Shown piece after piece: positions 29,186 through 39,812 of a stretch of DNA of 64,000 bases (its first letter is position 1; every line of letters starts with the position of its first letter). This DNA comes from Bacilli bacterium (GTDB lineage Bacteria > Bacillota_I > Bacilli_A > ML615J-28 > CAG-698): the NCBI GenBank assembly GCA_050953065.1, contig JBMNLZ010000002.1:224001-288000 (forward strand). Reading direction: 5' to 3'. The position numbers and the translations under genes are program-made. Under the pieces are notes generated by a model. It was not told where the DNA came from, made no database searches, and saw only the letters and a list, made by a program, of their open reading frames with translations.

Positions 29186-29608
29186 TTATAATGTTTTTTC
29201 CATACTTTTATGTTCAGTGTTAGCTTCAATATAGACTTTGCTAGTAGTAATAAAACCTAGACTTTCATAGAATTTAATGGCACCAACTTGAGCACTAATT
29301 TTAATTTTTACACATTTCTTTTTTTTACAAAATTTAATTACTGCTTCCATTAAAGCTTGTCCTACTTTATGACGCCTATATTCTTTTAAAACACAAATTC
29401 TACTAGCTTTAGCATAATCATCAATTAACTTTACTCTAGCAGTTCCTACTGCTTTTTTATTTAAATAGGCAATAAAAACAGTTTGGTTTAATTCATCTAA
29501 ATCAAATTCTAAATCAAAGGCTACATTTTGTTCTTTAACAAACACTTCTTTTCTAATTAAAAAACAATCCATTAATTCTTTAGCACTTTTTACAAGTTTT
29601 ACTTTCAT
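29186..29608 (-). CDS. GNAT family acetyltransferase (YjcF/ElaA-like)
   Basis: IRKEVFVKEQ, VGTAR, EYRRHKVG, FYESLGF; ATG overlaps the uppP stop (ATGA). Confidence 0.9.
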   Translation of the reverse strand: MKVKLVKSAKELMDCFLIRKEVFVKEQNVAFDLEFDLDELNQTVFIAYLNKKAVGTARVKLIDDYAKASRICVLKEYRRHKVGQALMEAVIKFCKKKKCVKIKISAQVGAIKFYESLGFITTSKVYIEANTEHKSMEKTL

Positions 29609-30426
29609 GTTAACACCACATAAAGAATGACTAGAATTGAAACTATTAAGCAATAAAATCCAAAGTATTTAAAATTATCTTTTTTGACTAATTTAAAAAA
29701 CCATTTTAATGAAAAAAACGTTGCGATAATACTAGCAAGAAATGCTAGTGTGTAACCTAAAACGTGAATTGATTCAAGACCATTTTTTAAAATATTATAA
29801 CAACCAAGTCCAAAGCTTGCAATACTGATTGGAATATACATCATAAATGAAAACCTTAAAGCCGTTGCTAATTCTAATTTTTTTATTACTCCAACTGAAG
29901 TTGTACTTCCTGATCTACTAATTCCAGGTAAAAGTCCAACACATTGACCTAGTCCCATTAATAAAGCATCAGACCATGTAATAGTAGTTCTGATAGCATT
30001 CTTTGAATAATAACTAATATATAAAACTAAAGCTCCAGTAATAAACAAACAAATTCCAACGCTTAATAATGTATTAAAGTTTTCGTTAATAAAATCTTCT
30101 AAAAAAAGTCCTACAATTCCTGCTGGAATTGTTGCTAGAAGTACTAATAAAATATATAAAAATTTACTTTTGTTTTCTTCTTTATTCTCTAAATCTTTTT
30201 TAAAGATAAAGTTAAACGAACCAACAATTAATTCTTTTAACATACTTCTAAAATAAAAGATAATTGCAATCAATGATCCAAAATTAACAATAATTAAAAA
30301 GTTTTCTTCAAAAGTAATTTTAAATATTTCTCTAAAGATTGTTACATGTCCACTAGATGAAATCGGTAAAGGTTCAGTAAAACCTTGGATTAAACCTAGT
30401 AAGAAGTATTTTAGTGCTTCAATCAT
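29605..30426 (-). CDS. uppP: Undecaprenyl-diphosphate phosphatase
   Basis: QGFTEPLPISSSGH, PGISRSGST. Confidence 0.95.
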   Translation of the reverse strand: MIEALKYFLLGLIQGFTEPLPISSSGHVTIFREIFKITFEENFLIIVNFGSLIAIIFYFRSMLKELIVGSFNFIFKKDLENKEENKSKFLYILLVLLATIPAGIVGLFLEDFINENFNTLLSVGICLFITGALVLYISYYSKNAIRTTITWSDALLMGLGQCVGLLPGISRSGSTTSVGVIKKLELATALRFSFMMYIPISIASFGLGCYNILKNGLESIHVLGYTLAFLASIIATFFSLKWFFKLVKKDNFKYFGFYCLIVSILVILYVVLT

Positions 30427-30618
30427 TTGTTGTTTCTCCTATTTATGTAATAATAGATAACATAATTTATTGTATCGCTAAATGAGAATAATTGCAATAA
30501 TAAAATGATAACGATTTTAAAATTGTAAATATTAATAATAGTTATTTTAAAAAAACTTAAATTGTGGTATAATGTTAATAGTTTTAGAAAATAGAAGAGT
30601 AAAAGGAAGGGAAAAATT

Positions 30619-31014
30619 ATGAATATGAATTTAATTTTAGCTTTAACAAATGACCAATTAGTGTGGGTACTTTTAAGTGCTTTTGTATTACCAGTTTTTG
30701 CTTTGATATTAGTAGCTTTAATTATAAAGTTTGCTAAAACAAAAAAAGGACGTGTTGATTTAACTGTGCCAGATGATCAAAACGAAGTGTTTGAAACTAC
30801 ATATGGAGGAAAAGATAATATAGTAGAAGTAACTAAAGAATTAAGTAGAGTTACAGTAAAAGTTAAAGATTTAGAAAAAGTAGATTTAGAAGCCTTAAAA
30901 GAATTAGGTGCCGATGGAATATTAGTTGCAGGAGATTTGGTTAAATGTTCTTTTAAAGAAAGATCAGAGAACATTTATCAAATATTATTAAATATAAAAG
31001 GTGAAAATAAATGA
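30619..31014 (+). CDS. Membrane-anchored PTS EIIB-like (glucose family) domain protein lacking the catalytic Cys
   Basis: N-terminal TM helix; GGKDNIVEV..SRVTVKVKD..VD..LKELGA.G. Confidence 0.7.
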   Translation: MNMNLILALTNDQLVWVLLSAFVLPVFALILVALIIKFAKTKKGRVDLTVPDDQNEVFETTYGGKDNIVEVTKELSRVTVKVKDLEKVDLEALKELGADGILVAGDLVKCSFKERSENIYQILLNIKGENK

Positions 31015-32960
31015 TTGAACAAAAAGCAATAGATACATTAAGAGTTTTATCAGTAGAAGCTATTTTGAAAGCCTCATCAGGACATCCTGGTATGGCTCTT
31101 GGTGCAGCACCAATTATGCATACTTTGTTTACTAAAGTTTTAAATTTTAATCCTAAAGTAGATAAATGGTTTAATAGAGATAGATTTGTTATGGCAGCAG
31201 GACATGGTTCTAGTTTGCTTTATTCTTGTCTTCATTTAGCAGGTGCAATTACGCTTGATGATTTAAAATCTTTTAGATCTTTAAATAGTATTACTCCAGG
31301 ACATCCTGAACTAAATATCACTCCATGTGTTGATATTAGTAGTGGTCCTTTAGGGCAAGGGATACCTGAGGCGGTTGGGTTTGCAATTGCTGAAAGTTTC
31401 TTAGGGAGTAAATACAATACAGAAAATGTTAAAGTTGTAAATCACTATACATATGTCTTATGTGGTGATGGTGATATGCAAGAAGGCGCTACAATGGAAG
31501 CACTAAGCCTAGCAGGACATTTAGGCCTTAATAAATTAATTGTTTTATATGATTCAAATGATGTTCAATTAGATGGTGCTGTAAGTTTAGCAATGAGTGA
31601 TGATACAAAGAAAAAAATGGAAGCCTTTAATTGGAATTATTTATTTGTTAAAGATGGTAACGATATAAAAGATATTATATCAAAAGTAAAAAAAGCTCAA
31701 AAGAGTAATAAACCAACTTTAATTGAAATTAAAACAGTAATTGGTTATGGCGCTAAAAAAGCAGGATCTTCAGCTGTACATGGTGCTCCACTTGCACTTG
31801 AAGAAGTGCAAGCAATGCGTAAGGCTTTAGGTGGAGAAGAGTTTAGTGTAGCAGATGAAGTATATGAATTATACAAAACAGTTCAAAAGAATGGCTGTAA
31901 GAAATATCGCAAATGGAAAAGAGATATTAAACAATATAAATTTGAAAGTTTTGAAAAATATCAAGAATTTGAAAAAATAATCAACAATGAATTTGCAGTG
32001 GATTTTTCTAAATTTTCATTCAAAGATAACAACAAAAAAGCCACTAGAAATTCTAGTAGTGAAGTTTTAAAATGGCTTGGTGAAAAAATTTCGACTTTAA
32101 TTGGTGGGACTGCTGATCTTAGTTGTTCTACTAAAGCAAAGTTAAATGGAGATTTTTTCTCTAAAGATAATAGATTAGCTAGAAATATTGCTTTTGGAGT
32201 TAGAGAACATGCAATGGCTGGAATTTGTAATGGAATGGCAGCTCATGGTGGAGTGAAAGTATTTTGTAGTGGTTTCTTTGTTTTTAGTGATTATATGAAA
32301 CCTGCAATGAGACTTGCTGCTTTAATGGAATTGCCAGTAATTTATGTTTTCTCACATGATTCAATTGCAGTAGGAGAAGACGGACCAACTCATCAACCAG
32401 TTGAACAATTAACAATGTTAAGAAGTATTCCTAATTTTGAAGTGCTTCGTCCAGCTGATCAATTTGAAATGTTAGCTTCATGGCAATTTGCAATAACTAG
32501 TTCTGAAACACCAGTTGCTTTAATTACATCAAGACAAGATTTAGAAAATGTTACATATGAGAAAGGCTTAAATAATACAATTCATGGCGGATATATTTTA
32601 AGTGATTTTGATAAAGATTTAGAAGGAATTATTATTGCAAGTGGGTCTGAGGTTAGTCTTGCTTTGGCGCTTCAAAAGAGTCTAGCAGAAGAAGGGCGTT
32701 TTGTTAGAGTTGTAAGTATGCCATCTCTTGGTTTATTTGAAAAACAATCAAAGAAATATAAAGAATCAGTTCTACCTAAAAAACTTAGTAAAAGATTAGT
32801 AATTGAAGCAAGTGATGCAATCCATTACTATAAATACTTAGGTGAAAAAGGACAAGTATATAATATCGAAAAGTTTGGTAAAAGTGCAAACGCTAAAATC
32901 TTGTTTAAAGATTATGGATTTGATTTAGAAAGTATTTTGGATTTCTATAAGTCAATGTAG
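31011..32960 (+). CDS. tkt: Transketolase
   Basis: SGHPG, GPLGQG, GDGD, FGVREHAM, GEDGPTHQP. Confidence 0.97.
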   Translation: MIEQKAIDTLRVLSVEAILKASSGHPGMALGAAPIMHTLFTKVLNFNPKVDKWFNRDRFVMAAGHGSSLLYSCLHLAGAITLDDLKSFRSLNSITPGHPELNITPCVDISSGPLGQGIPEAVGFAIAESFLGSKYNTENVKVVNHYTYVLCGDGDMQEGATMEALSLAGHLGLNKLIVLYDSNDVQLDGAVSLAMSDDTKKKMEAFNWNYLFVKDGNDIKDIISKVKKAQKSNKPTLIEIKTVIGYGAKKAGSSAVHGAPLALEEVQAMRKALGGEEFSVADEVYELYKTVQKNGCKKYRKWKRDIKQYKFESFEKYQEFEKIINNEFAVDFSKFSFKDNNKKATRNSSSEVLKWLGEKISTLIGGTADLSCSTKAKLNGDFFSKDNRLARNIAFGVREHAMAGICNGMAAHGGVKVFCSGFFVFSDYMKPAMRLAALMELPVIYVFSHDSIAVGEDGPTHQPVEQLTMLRSIPNFEVLRPADQFEMLASWQFAITSSETPVALITSRQDLENVTYEKGLNNTIHGGYILSDFDKDLEGIIIASGSEVSLALALQKSLAEEGRFVRVVSMPSLGLFEKQSKKYKESVLPKKLSKRLVIEASDAIHYYKYLGEKGQVYNIEKFGKSANAKILFKDYGFDLESILDFYKSM

Positions 32961-33015
32961 GTAAAAAGTGTAAGGGCTATTTATTAAAATAGTTCTTTTT
33001 TTAAGGTCTAATTAT

Positions 33016-33044
33016 TTGACAGTAAATTCATTTAGTGATAAAAT
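33016..33044 (+). promoter_or_regulatory. Promoter of the opp operon
   Basis: TTGACA-17 nt-TAAAAT with extended -10 TG. Confidence 0.75.
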
Positions 33045-33084
33045 ATTAGAGCATTAATTTTGGAATAAATAAAAGGGGTAAATT

Positions 33085-34011
33085 ATGGATTCAAAATTAC
33101 TTTTTTATATTTTAAAAAGATTAGGGTTAGCGATACTAACTATTTTTTTAGTTATAACGATTACGTTTTTTGCGATGAATGCAATTCCTGGTGGACCTTT
33201 CTTAGCTGAAAAAGCTCCATCACCTGAAGTAATTGCAGCCCTAGAAGCAAAGTATGGTTTAGATAAACCTTTAGGAGAACAATACTTAAATTATTTGAAG
33301 GGCTTATTAAGATTTGATTTTGGTCCATCAATTAAACAAAGAGGAAAAGAAGTAAGTGATATTATTTCTGTTGGTTTTAAAAGTTCAGCCAAAATTGGAG
33401 GGATTGCAGCATTGCTTGCAATTGTTTCTGGAATTACATTTGGTTCAATTGCAGCAATCAAAAGAAATAAATGGTTAGACAAAACAATAATGGTTGGTTC
33501 AACTGCATTTGTTGCGATGCCATCTTTTGTTATTGCAACTCTTTTGTTAATTGCATTTTGTTTAAAGATCCAAATCTTCCCAGCTAGAGGTGATACCTTT
33601 GCTGGACTCATCTTGCCAATTTTTGCTTTGAGTTTATATCCAATGTCTTATATTACAAGACTTACTAGATCAAGTATGTTAGACGTACTTGGCCAAGATT
33701 ATATTAGAACTGCTAAAGCTAAGGGTGTTGCACCAAGTAGAATAATTTATAAACATGCATTAAAGAATGCTTTGATTGCTGTAATTACTTATATTGGTCC
33801 AATGATAGCCTATATTTTAACAGGTAGTTTAGTAATTGAAAAAATATTTTCAGTACCTGGATTAGGACGTGCTTTTATTAGTAGTATTACTAATAGAGAT
33901 TATATGATGATTATGGGAACAACTATTTTTCTAGCAACACTAGTAATTATTATGAATTTAATAACGGATATTTTATATAAATTTGTTGATCCGAGAATTG
34001 ATTTTAGTTAG
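33085..34011 (+). CDS. oppB: Oligopeptide ABC transporter permease
   Basis: IPGGPF, YGLDKP, DYIRTAKAKG, VDPRI. Confidence 0.93.
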   Translation: MDSKLLFYILKRLGLAILTIFLVITITFFAMNAIPGGPFLAEKAPSPEVIAALEAKYGLDKPLGEQYLNYLKGLLRFDFGPSIKQRGKEVSDIISVGFKSSAKIGGIAALLAIVSGITFGSIAAIKRNKWLDKTIMVGSTAFVAMPSFVIATLLLIAFCLKIQIFPARGDTFAGLILPIFALSLYPMSYITRLTRSSMLDVLGQDYIRTAKAKGVAPSRIIYKHALKNALIAVITYIGPMIAYILTGSLVIEKIFSVPGLGRAFISSITNRDYMMIMGTTIFLATLVIIMNLITDILYKFVDPRIDFS

Positions 34012-34021
34012 GAGGTAAAAG

Positions 34022-35083
34022 ATGAATAAACCAAAGAAAAATCCATTTAGTTTACAACTTAATGTAGACGATTTTTTACCTGCTACAGAGGAAGAAAAAA
34101 AACAACAAGACCAGATGAGAGAAAGTGTTACTTTCTTTAAAGACGGTATGAGAAGACTTAAGAAAAATGTTATTGCGATGATTTGTTTTTGGATAATTGT
34201 AGTTATTACTTTAATGGCTCTTTTTGTACCGATGTTTTATCCTTATAGTTATGAAGAACAATTAGGTGTTCAACAGTTTCAAACTGTTGATTCATCATAT
34301 AATAATTTAAGACCATTTCAATATGGAACAACTGAAAAAGAACGTATCGAAAGTGGTGAAAAAATATTCCCACATATTTTTGGAACAGATAGTTTAGGAA
34401 GAGATTATTTTATTAGAGTAGTTTATGGAACAAGAATTTCTTTAATAGTTGGTTTTTTTGCTAGTTTACTTGTTTTAATGATAGGACTAGTATATGGGTC
34501 TATTTCAGGATATGCTGGTGGTAAGACCGATTTAATAATGATGCGAGTCGTCGATATAATTTATTCTTTGCCGGATATGTTAATTATTATATTATTATCA
34601 GTTGTTTTAAGAAATACTATGAAACTTGATGGAACTTTTTTAGCTGCTATAGGAACCAATATGCTTAGTATTTTTATAGTTTTTGGACTTCTTTATTGGG
34701 TTAGCATGGCTCGTTTAATTAGAGGACAGATTTTAAGTGTTAAAGAACAAGAATTTGTTTTAGCAGCTAAATCAATTGGAGCAAGTCCTTTTAGAATTAT
34801 TACCAAACATTTGTTGCCAAATTGTATTAGTGTAATTATAATTTCAACTGCCTTACAAATTCCATCAGCAATTTTTACTGAGAGTTTCTTATCGTTTATT
34901 GGACTTGGAGTGTCTGCTCCAATGCCTTCACTTGGCTCTTTAGCAAATGATGCTTTGGGTGGAATTGTATCATATTCATATAGATTAGTAATCCCTTCTA
35001 TTACAATCTTTTTGCTTGTCTTATCATTTAATTTATTTGGTGATGGATTAAGAGATGCTTTTGATCCAAAACTTAAGAATTAA
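34022..35083 (+). CDS. oppC: Oligopeptide ABC transporter permease
   Basis: FGTDSLGRD, EFVLAAKSIGA, GDGLRDAFDP. Confidence 0.93.
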   Translation: MNKPKKNPFSLQLNVDDFLPATEEEKKQQDQMRESVTFFKDGMRRLKKNVIAMICFWIIVVITLMALFVPMFYPYSYEEQLGVQQFQTVDSSYNNLRPFQYGTTEKERIESGEKIFPHIFGTDSLGRDYFIRVVYGTRISLIVGFFASLLVLMIGLVYGSISGYAGGKTDLIMMRVVDIIYSLPDMLIIILLSVVLRNTMKLDGTFLAAIGTNMLSIFIVFGLLYWVSMARLIRGQILSVKEQEFVLAAKSIGASPFRIITKHLLPNCISVIIISTALQIPSAIFTESFLSFIGLGVSAPMPSLGSLANDALGGIVSYSYRLVIPSITIFLLVLSFNLFGDGLRDAFDPKLKN

Positions 35084-35098
35084 GGAGGGAGAGTAAAA

Positions 35099-36070
35099 AT
35101 GAAAATTTTAGAAGTAAGAGATTTACAAACATCATTTTTTACACAATCAGGTGAAGTAAAAGCAGTTGATAAGGTTAGTTTTGATTTAACAGAAGGTAGG
35201 GTTTTAGGAATTGTTGGAGAATCAGGTAGTGGTAAAAGTGTTACAGCTTATTCTATTATGCAAATTCTAACTCCTCCTGGAAAAATTATTGGTGGAAGTA
35301 TTAAATTAAGAGGTAAAGAATTAGTAGGTTTAAGTGAAAAAGAAATGCGTGAGGTTAGGGGAAATAAAATTAGTATTATTTTCCAAGACCCAATGACAAG
35401 TCTTAATCCAGTTTATAAAATTGGTAATCAATTAGTAGAAGGAATTTTGCTTCATACAAATAGAAATAAAAATGAAGCCTATGCTAGGGCTTTAGAAATG
35501 TTAGAACTTGTTGGAGTAAATGACCCTAGTAAAAGACTTGATCAATATCCACATGAGTTAAGTGGTGGAATGAGACAACGTGTTATGATTGCGATGGCTT
35601 TAGCTTGTGAGCCTGATATATTAATTGCAGACGAACCAACAACAGCTTTAGATGTTACAATCCAAGCTCAAATTTTAGAATTGATTAAAGATATTCAAAA
35701 GAAATTAGGAATGACTACAATTCTTATTACACATGATTTAGGAGTTGTTGCTGGGATGTGTGATGAGGTTGCAGTAATGTATGCTGGTAGAATTGTTGAA
35801 TATGGAACAACTGATCAAGTTTTTTATAATCCAAAACATGAGTATACAAAAGGATTGATGAAATCTATTCCAAGTGTTGATCATAAGAAAGAAAGATTAA
35901 TTCCAATCGCTGGAAGTCCGGTAGATTTATTAAATCTACCAAGTGGTTGTCCTTTTTCTCCAAGATGTGAAAAAACAATGAAGATTTGTTTAAGAGAATA
36001 TCCTAAAGCATTAGAGATTGAAAAAGGTCATATGTCAGCTTGTTGGATGAATTTAAAAGATAAAGTTTAG
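35099..36070 (+). CDS. oppD: Oligopeptide ABC transporter ATPase
   Basis: [24 protein letters not shown]. Confidence 0.93.
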   Translation: MKILEVRDLQTSFFTQSGEVKAVDKVSFDLTEGRVLGIVGESGSGKSVTAYSIMQILTPPGKIIGGSIKLRGKELVGLSEKEMREVRGNKISIIFQDPMTSLNPVYKIGNQLVEGILLHTNRNKNEAYARALEMLELVGVNDPSKRLDQYPHELSGGMRQRVMIAMALACEPDILIADEPTTALDVTIQAQILELIKDIQKKLGMTTILITHDLGVVAGMCDEVAVMYAGRIVEYGTTDQVFYNPKHEYTKGLMKSIPSVDHKKERLIPIAGSPVDLLNLPSGCPFSPRCEKTMKICLREYPKALEIEKGHMSACWMNLKDKV

Positions 36071-36080
36071 AGGCTAGCTT

Positions 36081-37121
36081 ATGAATAATAAAAATAAAAA
36101 ATCGGATACATTTGAAGAGGGTGAAGTTTTAATTGAGGTTAAAAATTTAAAACAATATTTCTCAATTAATACTGGCTTTTTAAAAAATACTTTTTTAAAA
36201 GCAGTTGATGATGTTTCTTTTGAAATTAAAAAAGGTGAAACATTAGGCTTAGTTGGTGAATCTGGATGTGGTAAGACTACAGTTGGAAGAACTTTACTTA
36301 ATTTATATAAACCGACCTCTGGAGAAATCTTTTATAAAGGAAAGCAAATTAAAACAAAAGATGATATCAAAAAGTTCAGACAAAAAGCTGCGATGGTTTT
36401 TCAAGATCCATATTCTTCGCTTAATCCAAGAATGACTGTAGGAGATATAATTGGTGAACCACTAGATGTTCATAAATTATATGATACTAAAGAAGAAAGA
36501 AAACGCCGTATTGATGAATTGATGAGTTTAGTTGGCTTATCAAGTGAACATGCTACTAGATATGTTCATGAGTTTAGTGGTGGTCAACGTCAAAGAATAG
36601 GAATTGCTAGAGCTTTAGCAGTTAATCCTGATTTTATTGTTTGTGATGAACCAGTATCTGCTTTAGACGTTTCAATTCAAGCTCAAGTAATAAATATGTT
36701 TAAAGACTTACAAGATAAGTTAGGTTTAACGTATTTGTTTATTGCTCATGATATTCATGTGGTTGAGCATATTTCAAATAGAATTGCAGTAATGTATTTA
36801 GGAAAAATAGTAGAGGTTGCAGAAGCTGAAGAATTAACTTCTAATCCACTACATCCTTATACAGTTTCTTTGATGTCAGCAGTACCAGTACCAGATCCTA
36901 AAACTGCAAGAATTAAGAAAAGAATTATTTTACAAGGAGATGTACCAAGTCCATTAAATGTTCCAACAGGTTGTGCTTTTAGGACAAGATGTCCTAAAGC
37001 AACTGATGCATGTAGTGGAGAGTCTCCAAGTTTAAAAGAAATAAAACCTAATCATTTTGTGGCATGCTATAATATTTCTTTAAATGAAAAGCCAAATATT
37101 GACAAAAAATTAAAAAAGTGA
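36081..37121 (+). CDS. oppF: Oligopeptide ABC transporter ATPase
   Basis: [24 protein letters not shown]. Confidence 0.93.
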   Translation: MNNKNKKSDTFEEGEVLIEVKNLKQYFSINTGFLKNTFLKAVDDVSFEIKKGETLGLVGESGCGKTTVGRTLLNLYKPTSGEIFYKGKQIKTKDDIKKFRQKAAMVFQDPYSSLNPRMTVGDIIGEPLDVHKLYDTKEERKRRIDELMSLVGLSSEHATRYVHEFSGGQRQRIGIARALAVNPDFIVCDEPVSALDVSIQAQVINMFKDLQDKLGLTYLFIAHDIHVVEHISNRIAVMYLGKIVEVAEAEELTSNPLHPYTVSLMSAVPVPDPKTARIKKRIILQGDVPSPLNVPTGCAFRTRCPKATDACSGESPSLKEIKPNHFVACYNISLNEKPNIDKKLKK

Positions 37122-37127
37122 TAGAAT
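37099..37127 (+). promoter_or_regulatory. Internal promoter for oppA overlapping the oppF 3' end
   Basis: TTGACA-17 nt-TAGAAT with extended -10 TG. Confidence 0.65.
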
Positions 37128-37163
37128 TACTTGTCTATTAAAAAGGAGGAAAGACAAAAAAAT

Positions 37164-38945
37164 ATGTTTAAAAAAATTTCAATGTTTTTATTAGTATTAA
37201 TTTCTGTCCTAGCTCTATCAGCTTGTGGTAAAAAATCTGATAGACTAGTTGTATGTGTTGGTCCAAATCCGGACACAATTGACCCTGCATTAAACAGTGC
37301 TGTTGATGGTGCAACTTTAATTATCCATGCATTTACTGGATTAGTTGGATATCAACAAGATGAAAACGGTGCTTTACAGTTAGTTCCTGAACTAGCTAAA
37401 GAATTACCTGCACCTGTTGCATTAGAAGGTGGAAAAGTTAAATATGAATTTACTTTAAAAGATGACTTAAAATGGTCTGATGGAACAGCTTTAACTGCTA
37501 AAGATTTTGAATATGCATGGAAAAGAGCTGCGTCTGTTGAACTTGGAGCTGACTATAGTTACATGTTTGATGTAATTGATGGTTGGGCAGATCTATGGGC
37601 TGATGAACCAGCTGAAGGTGCTGAATTAAATGTTACTGCATCTGAGGATGGGAAAAAATTAACAGTTGTATTAACTACTGCATGTCCTTATTTCTTTGAA
37701 TTATGTGCATTCTCTACTTTTATGCCAGTTAAAGAAGAAGTTGTTGAAGCTAACCCTGAAACATGGGCAACAAAAGTAGCTACATATATTGGAAATGGCC
37801 CTTTCAAAATTACTGAATGGACAGCTGATAGTAAAATCGTTATGACTAAGAATGAATATTATCATAATGCTGATGATATTAAACTTAAAGAAATTGAATT
37901 TGCATTATCAGATGATGATACAGCAATTCTTACAAACTACAAAACTGGTGCTTATGCATTAATTGATAGCGTTCCAAATGATGAAATCGCTGCATTAAAA
38001 AAAGACTATGCTGATGAATTAGTTGTTGCTGGTCAACTTGGAACTTATTACATTAACTTTAACGTTGACTTTACAGCAACTTCAGCAACTTCATCTGATT
38101 TTTATAAAATTGGTGATGAAGAACTTTCTGAAGAAAATAAAGTTAAAGTTAGAAAAGCTTTAGGTTTATTAATTGATAGAAATTATATCGCTGAAGAAAT
38201 CGGTCAAGCTGGACAACAACCTGCTAACTCTTATGTTCCAATTGGTTTAACTGAACCAGATGGTTTAACTCAATTTGTTGCTAAGAATGGTCCTGCAGGA
38301 GATGGAAAAGGTTACTACAGCGTTGATAAAGCTGATTATCAAGCTAACTGTGCTCAAGCTGTTACATTATTAAAAGAAGCTGGCTATACTTATGATGAGG
38401 CAACTAAGAAATTTACTAACTTCCCTACATTTGAATATCTTTATAATACAAGTTCAGGACATAAAGCAATTGCTGAATATATCCAATCTGTTTATTCGGG
38501 ATATGGAATTGAAATTACTCTTGCAAATCAAGAATGGGGAACATTCTTAAATACTAGAAAAGAAGGAGACTTCGTTGTTGCTAGAAATGGTTGGTTAGGT
38601 GACTACAATGATCCTATTTCATTCCTTGATATGTGGACATCAACTAGTGGAAATAACGACTCTCAATTTGGTAAAGGTGCACATGCAACTGTTGCAATCT
38701 ATGGACCAGAGAAAAACAAAACATGGGCTGAAACATATGATGTTTTAATCGCTGAAATTAAAGCTTCATCTGATCAAGAAGTTCGTTTTGCAAAAATGCA
38801 TCAAGCAGAAAACATGATTATGGATACAGGAGCAATCACTCCAATCTATTTCTATACTGACCTTTATATGGTTAGTCCTAAATTAGAAGGATTCTTTGCT
38901 TCTCCATTAGGATATAAATTCTTCATGTATGCATCTTTAAAATAG
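37164..38945 (+). CDS. oppA: Oligopeptide-binding lipoprotein
   Basis: LSAC lipobox, TIDPA, KWSDG..LTAKDF, NGPF, WLGDYNDP; AGGAGG RBS. Confidence 0.92.
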   Translation: MFKKISMFLLVLISVLALSACGKKSDRLVVCVGPNPDTIDPALNSAVDGATLIIHAFTGLVGYQQDENGALQLVPELAKELPAPVALEGGKVKYEFTLKDDLKWSDGTALTAKDFEYAWKRAASVELGADYSYMFDVIDGWADLWADEPAEGAELNVTASEDGKKLTVVLTTACPYFFELCAFSTFMPVKEEVVEANPETWATKVATYIGNGPFKITEWTADSKIVMTKNEYYHNADDIKLKEIEFALSDDDTAILTNYKTGAYALIDSVPNDEIAALKKDYADELVVAGQLGTYYINFNVDFTATSATSSDFYKIGDEELSEENKVKVRKALGLLIDRNYIAEEIGQAGQQPANSYVPIGLTEPDGLTQFVAKNGPAGDGKGYYSVDKADYQANCAQAVTLLKEAGYTYDEATKKFTNFPTFEYLYNTSSGHKAIAEYIQSVYSGYGIEITLANQEWGTFLNTRKEGDFVVARNGWLGDYNDPISFLDMWTSTSGNNDSQFGKGAHATVAIYGPEKNKTWAETYDVLIAEIKASSDQEVRFAKMHQAENMIMDTGAITPIYFYTDLYMVSPKLEGFFASPLGYKFFMYASLK

Positions 38946-38965
38946 TCTTATAAATTAGATTGTTT

Positions 38966-38999
38966 AAAAAGCATTTCGCTTAGGCGAAGTGCTTTTTTT
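38966..38999 (+). terminator. Terminator of the opp operon
   Basis: aaaaagcatttcgc / gcgaagtgcttttttt. Confidence 0.85.
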
Positions 39000-39149
39000 G
39001 ATGTTTAATTAAATAATAGTTTTTCTTATTATGTCTAATAATGTTTTACTATTAACTTAAGTTGCAGGTTAACCTACAATTTTTTATTTATTTAAAAGAT
39101 ATAATATGGTATAATACATAGTAGTAATTATTAAAGTATTAGGTGTAAT

Positions 39150-39812
39150 ATGAGACTTAGAAAAGATAAGAATGCTAATGAGGTTATTTTAGAAAATCCA
39201 GATTTAGTTATTAAAGGTTTTGAAGAAAAAATTAATAATTGGAAAAAAATATATAATAAAGAAAAAATATATTTAGAAATAGGAATGGGTAAGGGGAAAT
39301 TTATTATTGAGAATGCTTTAAATAATAAAGATATCTTATTTATTGGATTAGAAAAAGAAGCAACAGTTTTAGTTAAAGCGTTAAAAAAAGCTAAGAAATT
39401 AGAACTTGATAATTTGGTTTTTTTAAATGAAGATGCTAGTAATATAAAAACAATTTTTGGTAATAAAGAGATTGATAAAATCTATTTAAACTTTTCAGAT
39501 CCTTGGCCTAAAAAACGTCATACTAAAAGAAGGCTAACTAGTGAGAGTTTTTTAATGGATTATAAATATGTTTTAGCAGATGATGCTTTAATAGAATTAA
39601 AAACTGATAATCCAAAACTTTTTGCTTATACTATTATAACTTTAAATAATTATAATATGGAATTTTTAGACTTATCAGTTGATTTACATAAAGAAAAAGA
39701 AAATATTATTACGACTGAATATGAAGAGAAGTTTTTAAAGAGTAATAAACCAATTTATTATTTAAAGGTTAGGTTTAAAAAAGGTGAGGAAAATGGATTT
39801 AAAGCATTATGA
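39150..39812 (+). CDS. trmB: tRNA (guanine-N7)-methyltransferase
   Basis: LEIGMGKG, NFSDPWPKKRH, KTDN, TEYEEKF. Confidence 0.96.
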   Translation: MRLRKDKNANEVILENPDLVIKGFEEKINNWKKIYNKEKIYLEIGMGKGKFIIENALNNKDILFIGLEKEATVLVKALKKAKKLELDNLVFLNEDASNIKTIFGNKEIDKIYLNFSDPWPKKRHTKRRLTSESFLMDYKYVLADDALIELKTDNPKLFAYTIITLNNYNMEFLDLSVDLHKEKENIITTEYEEKFLKSNKPIYYLKVRFKKGEENGFKAL

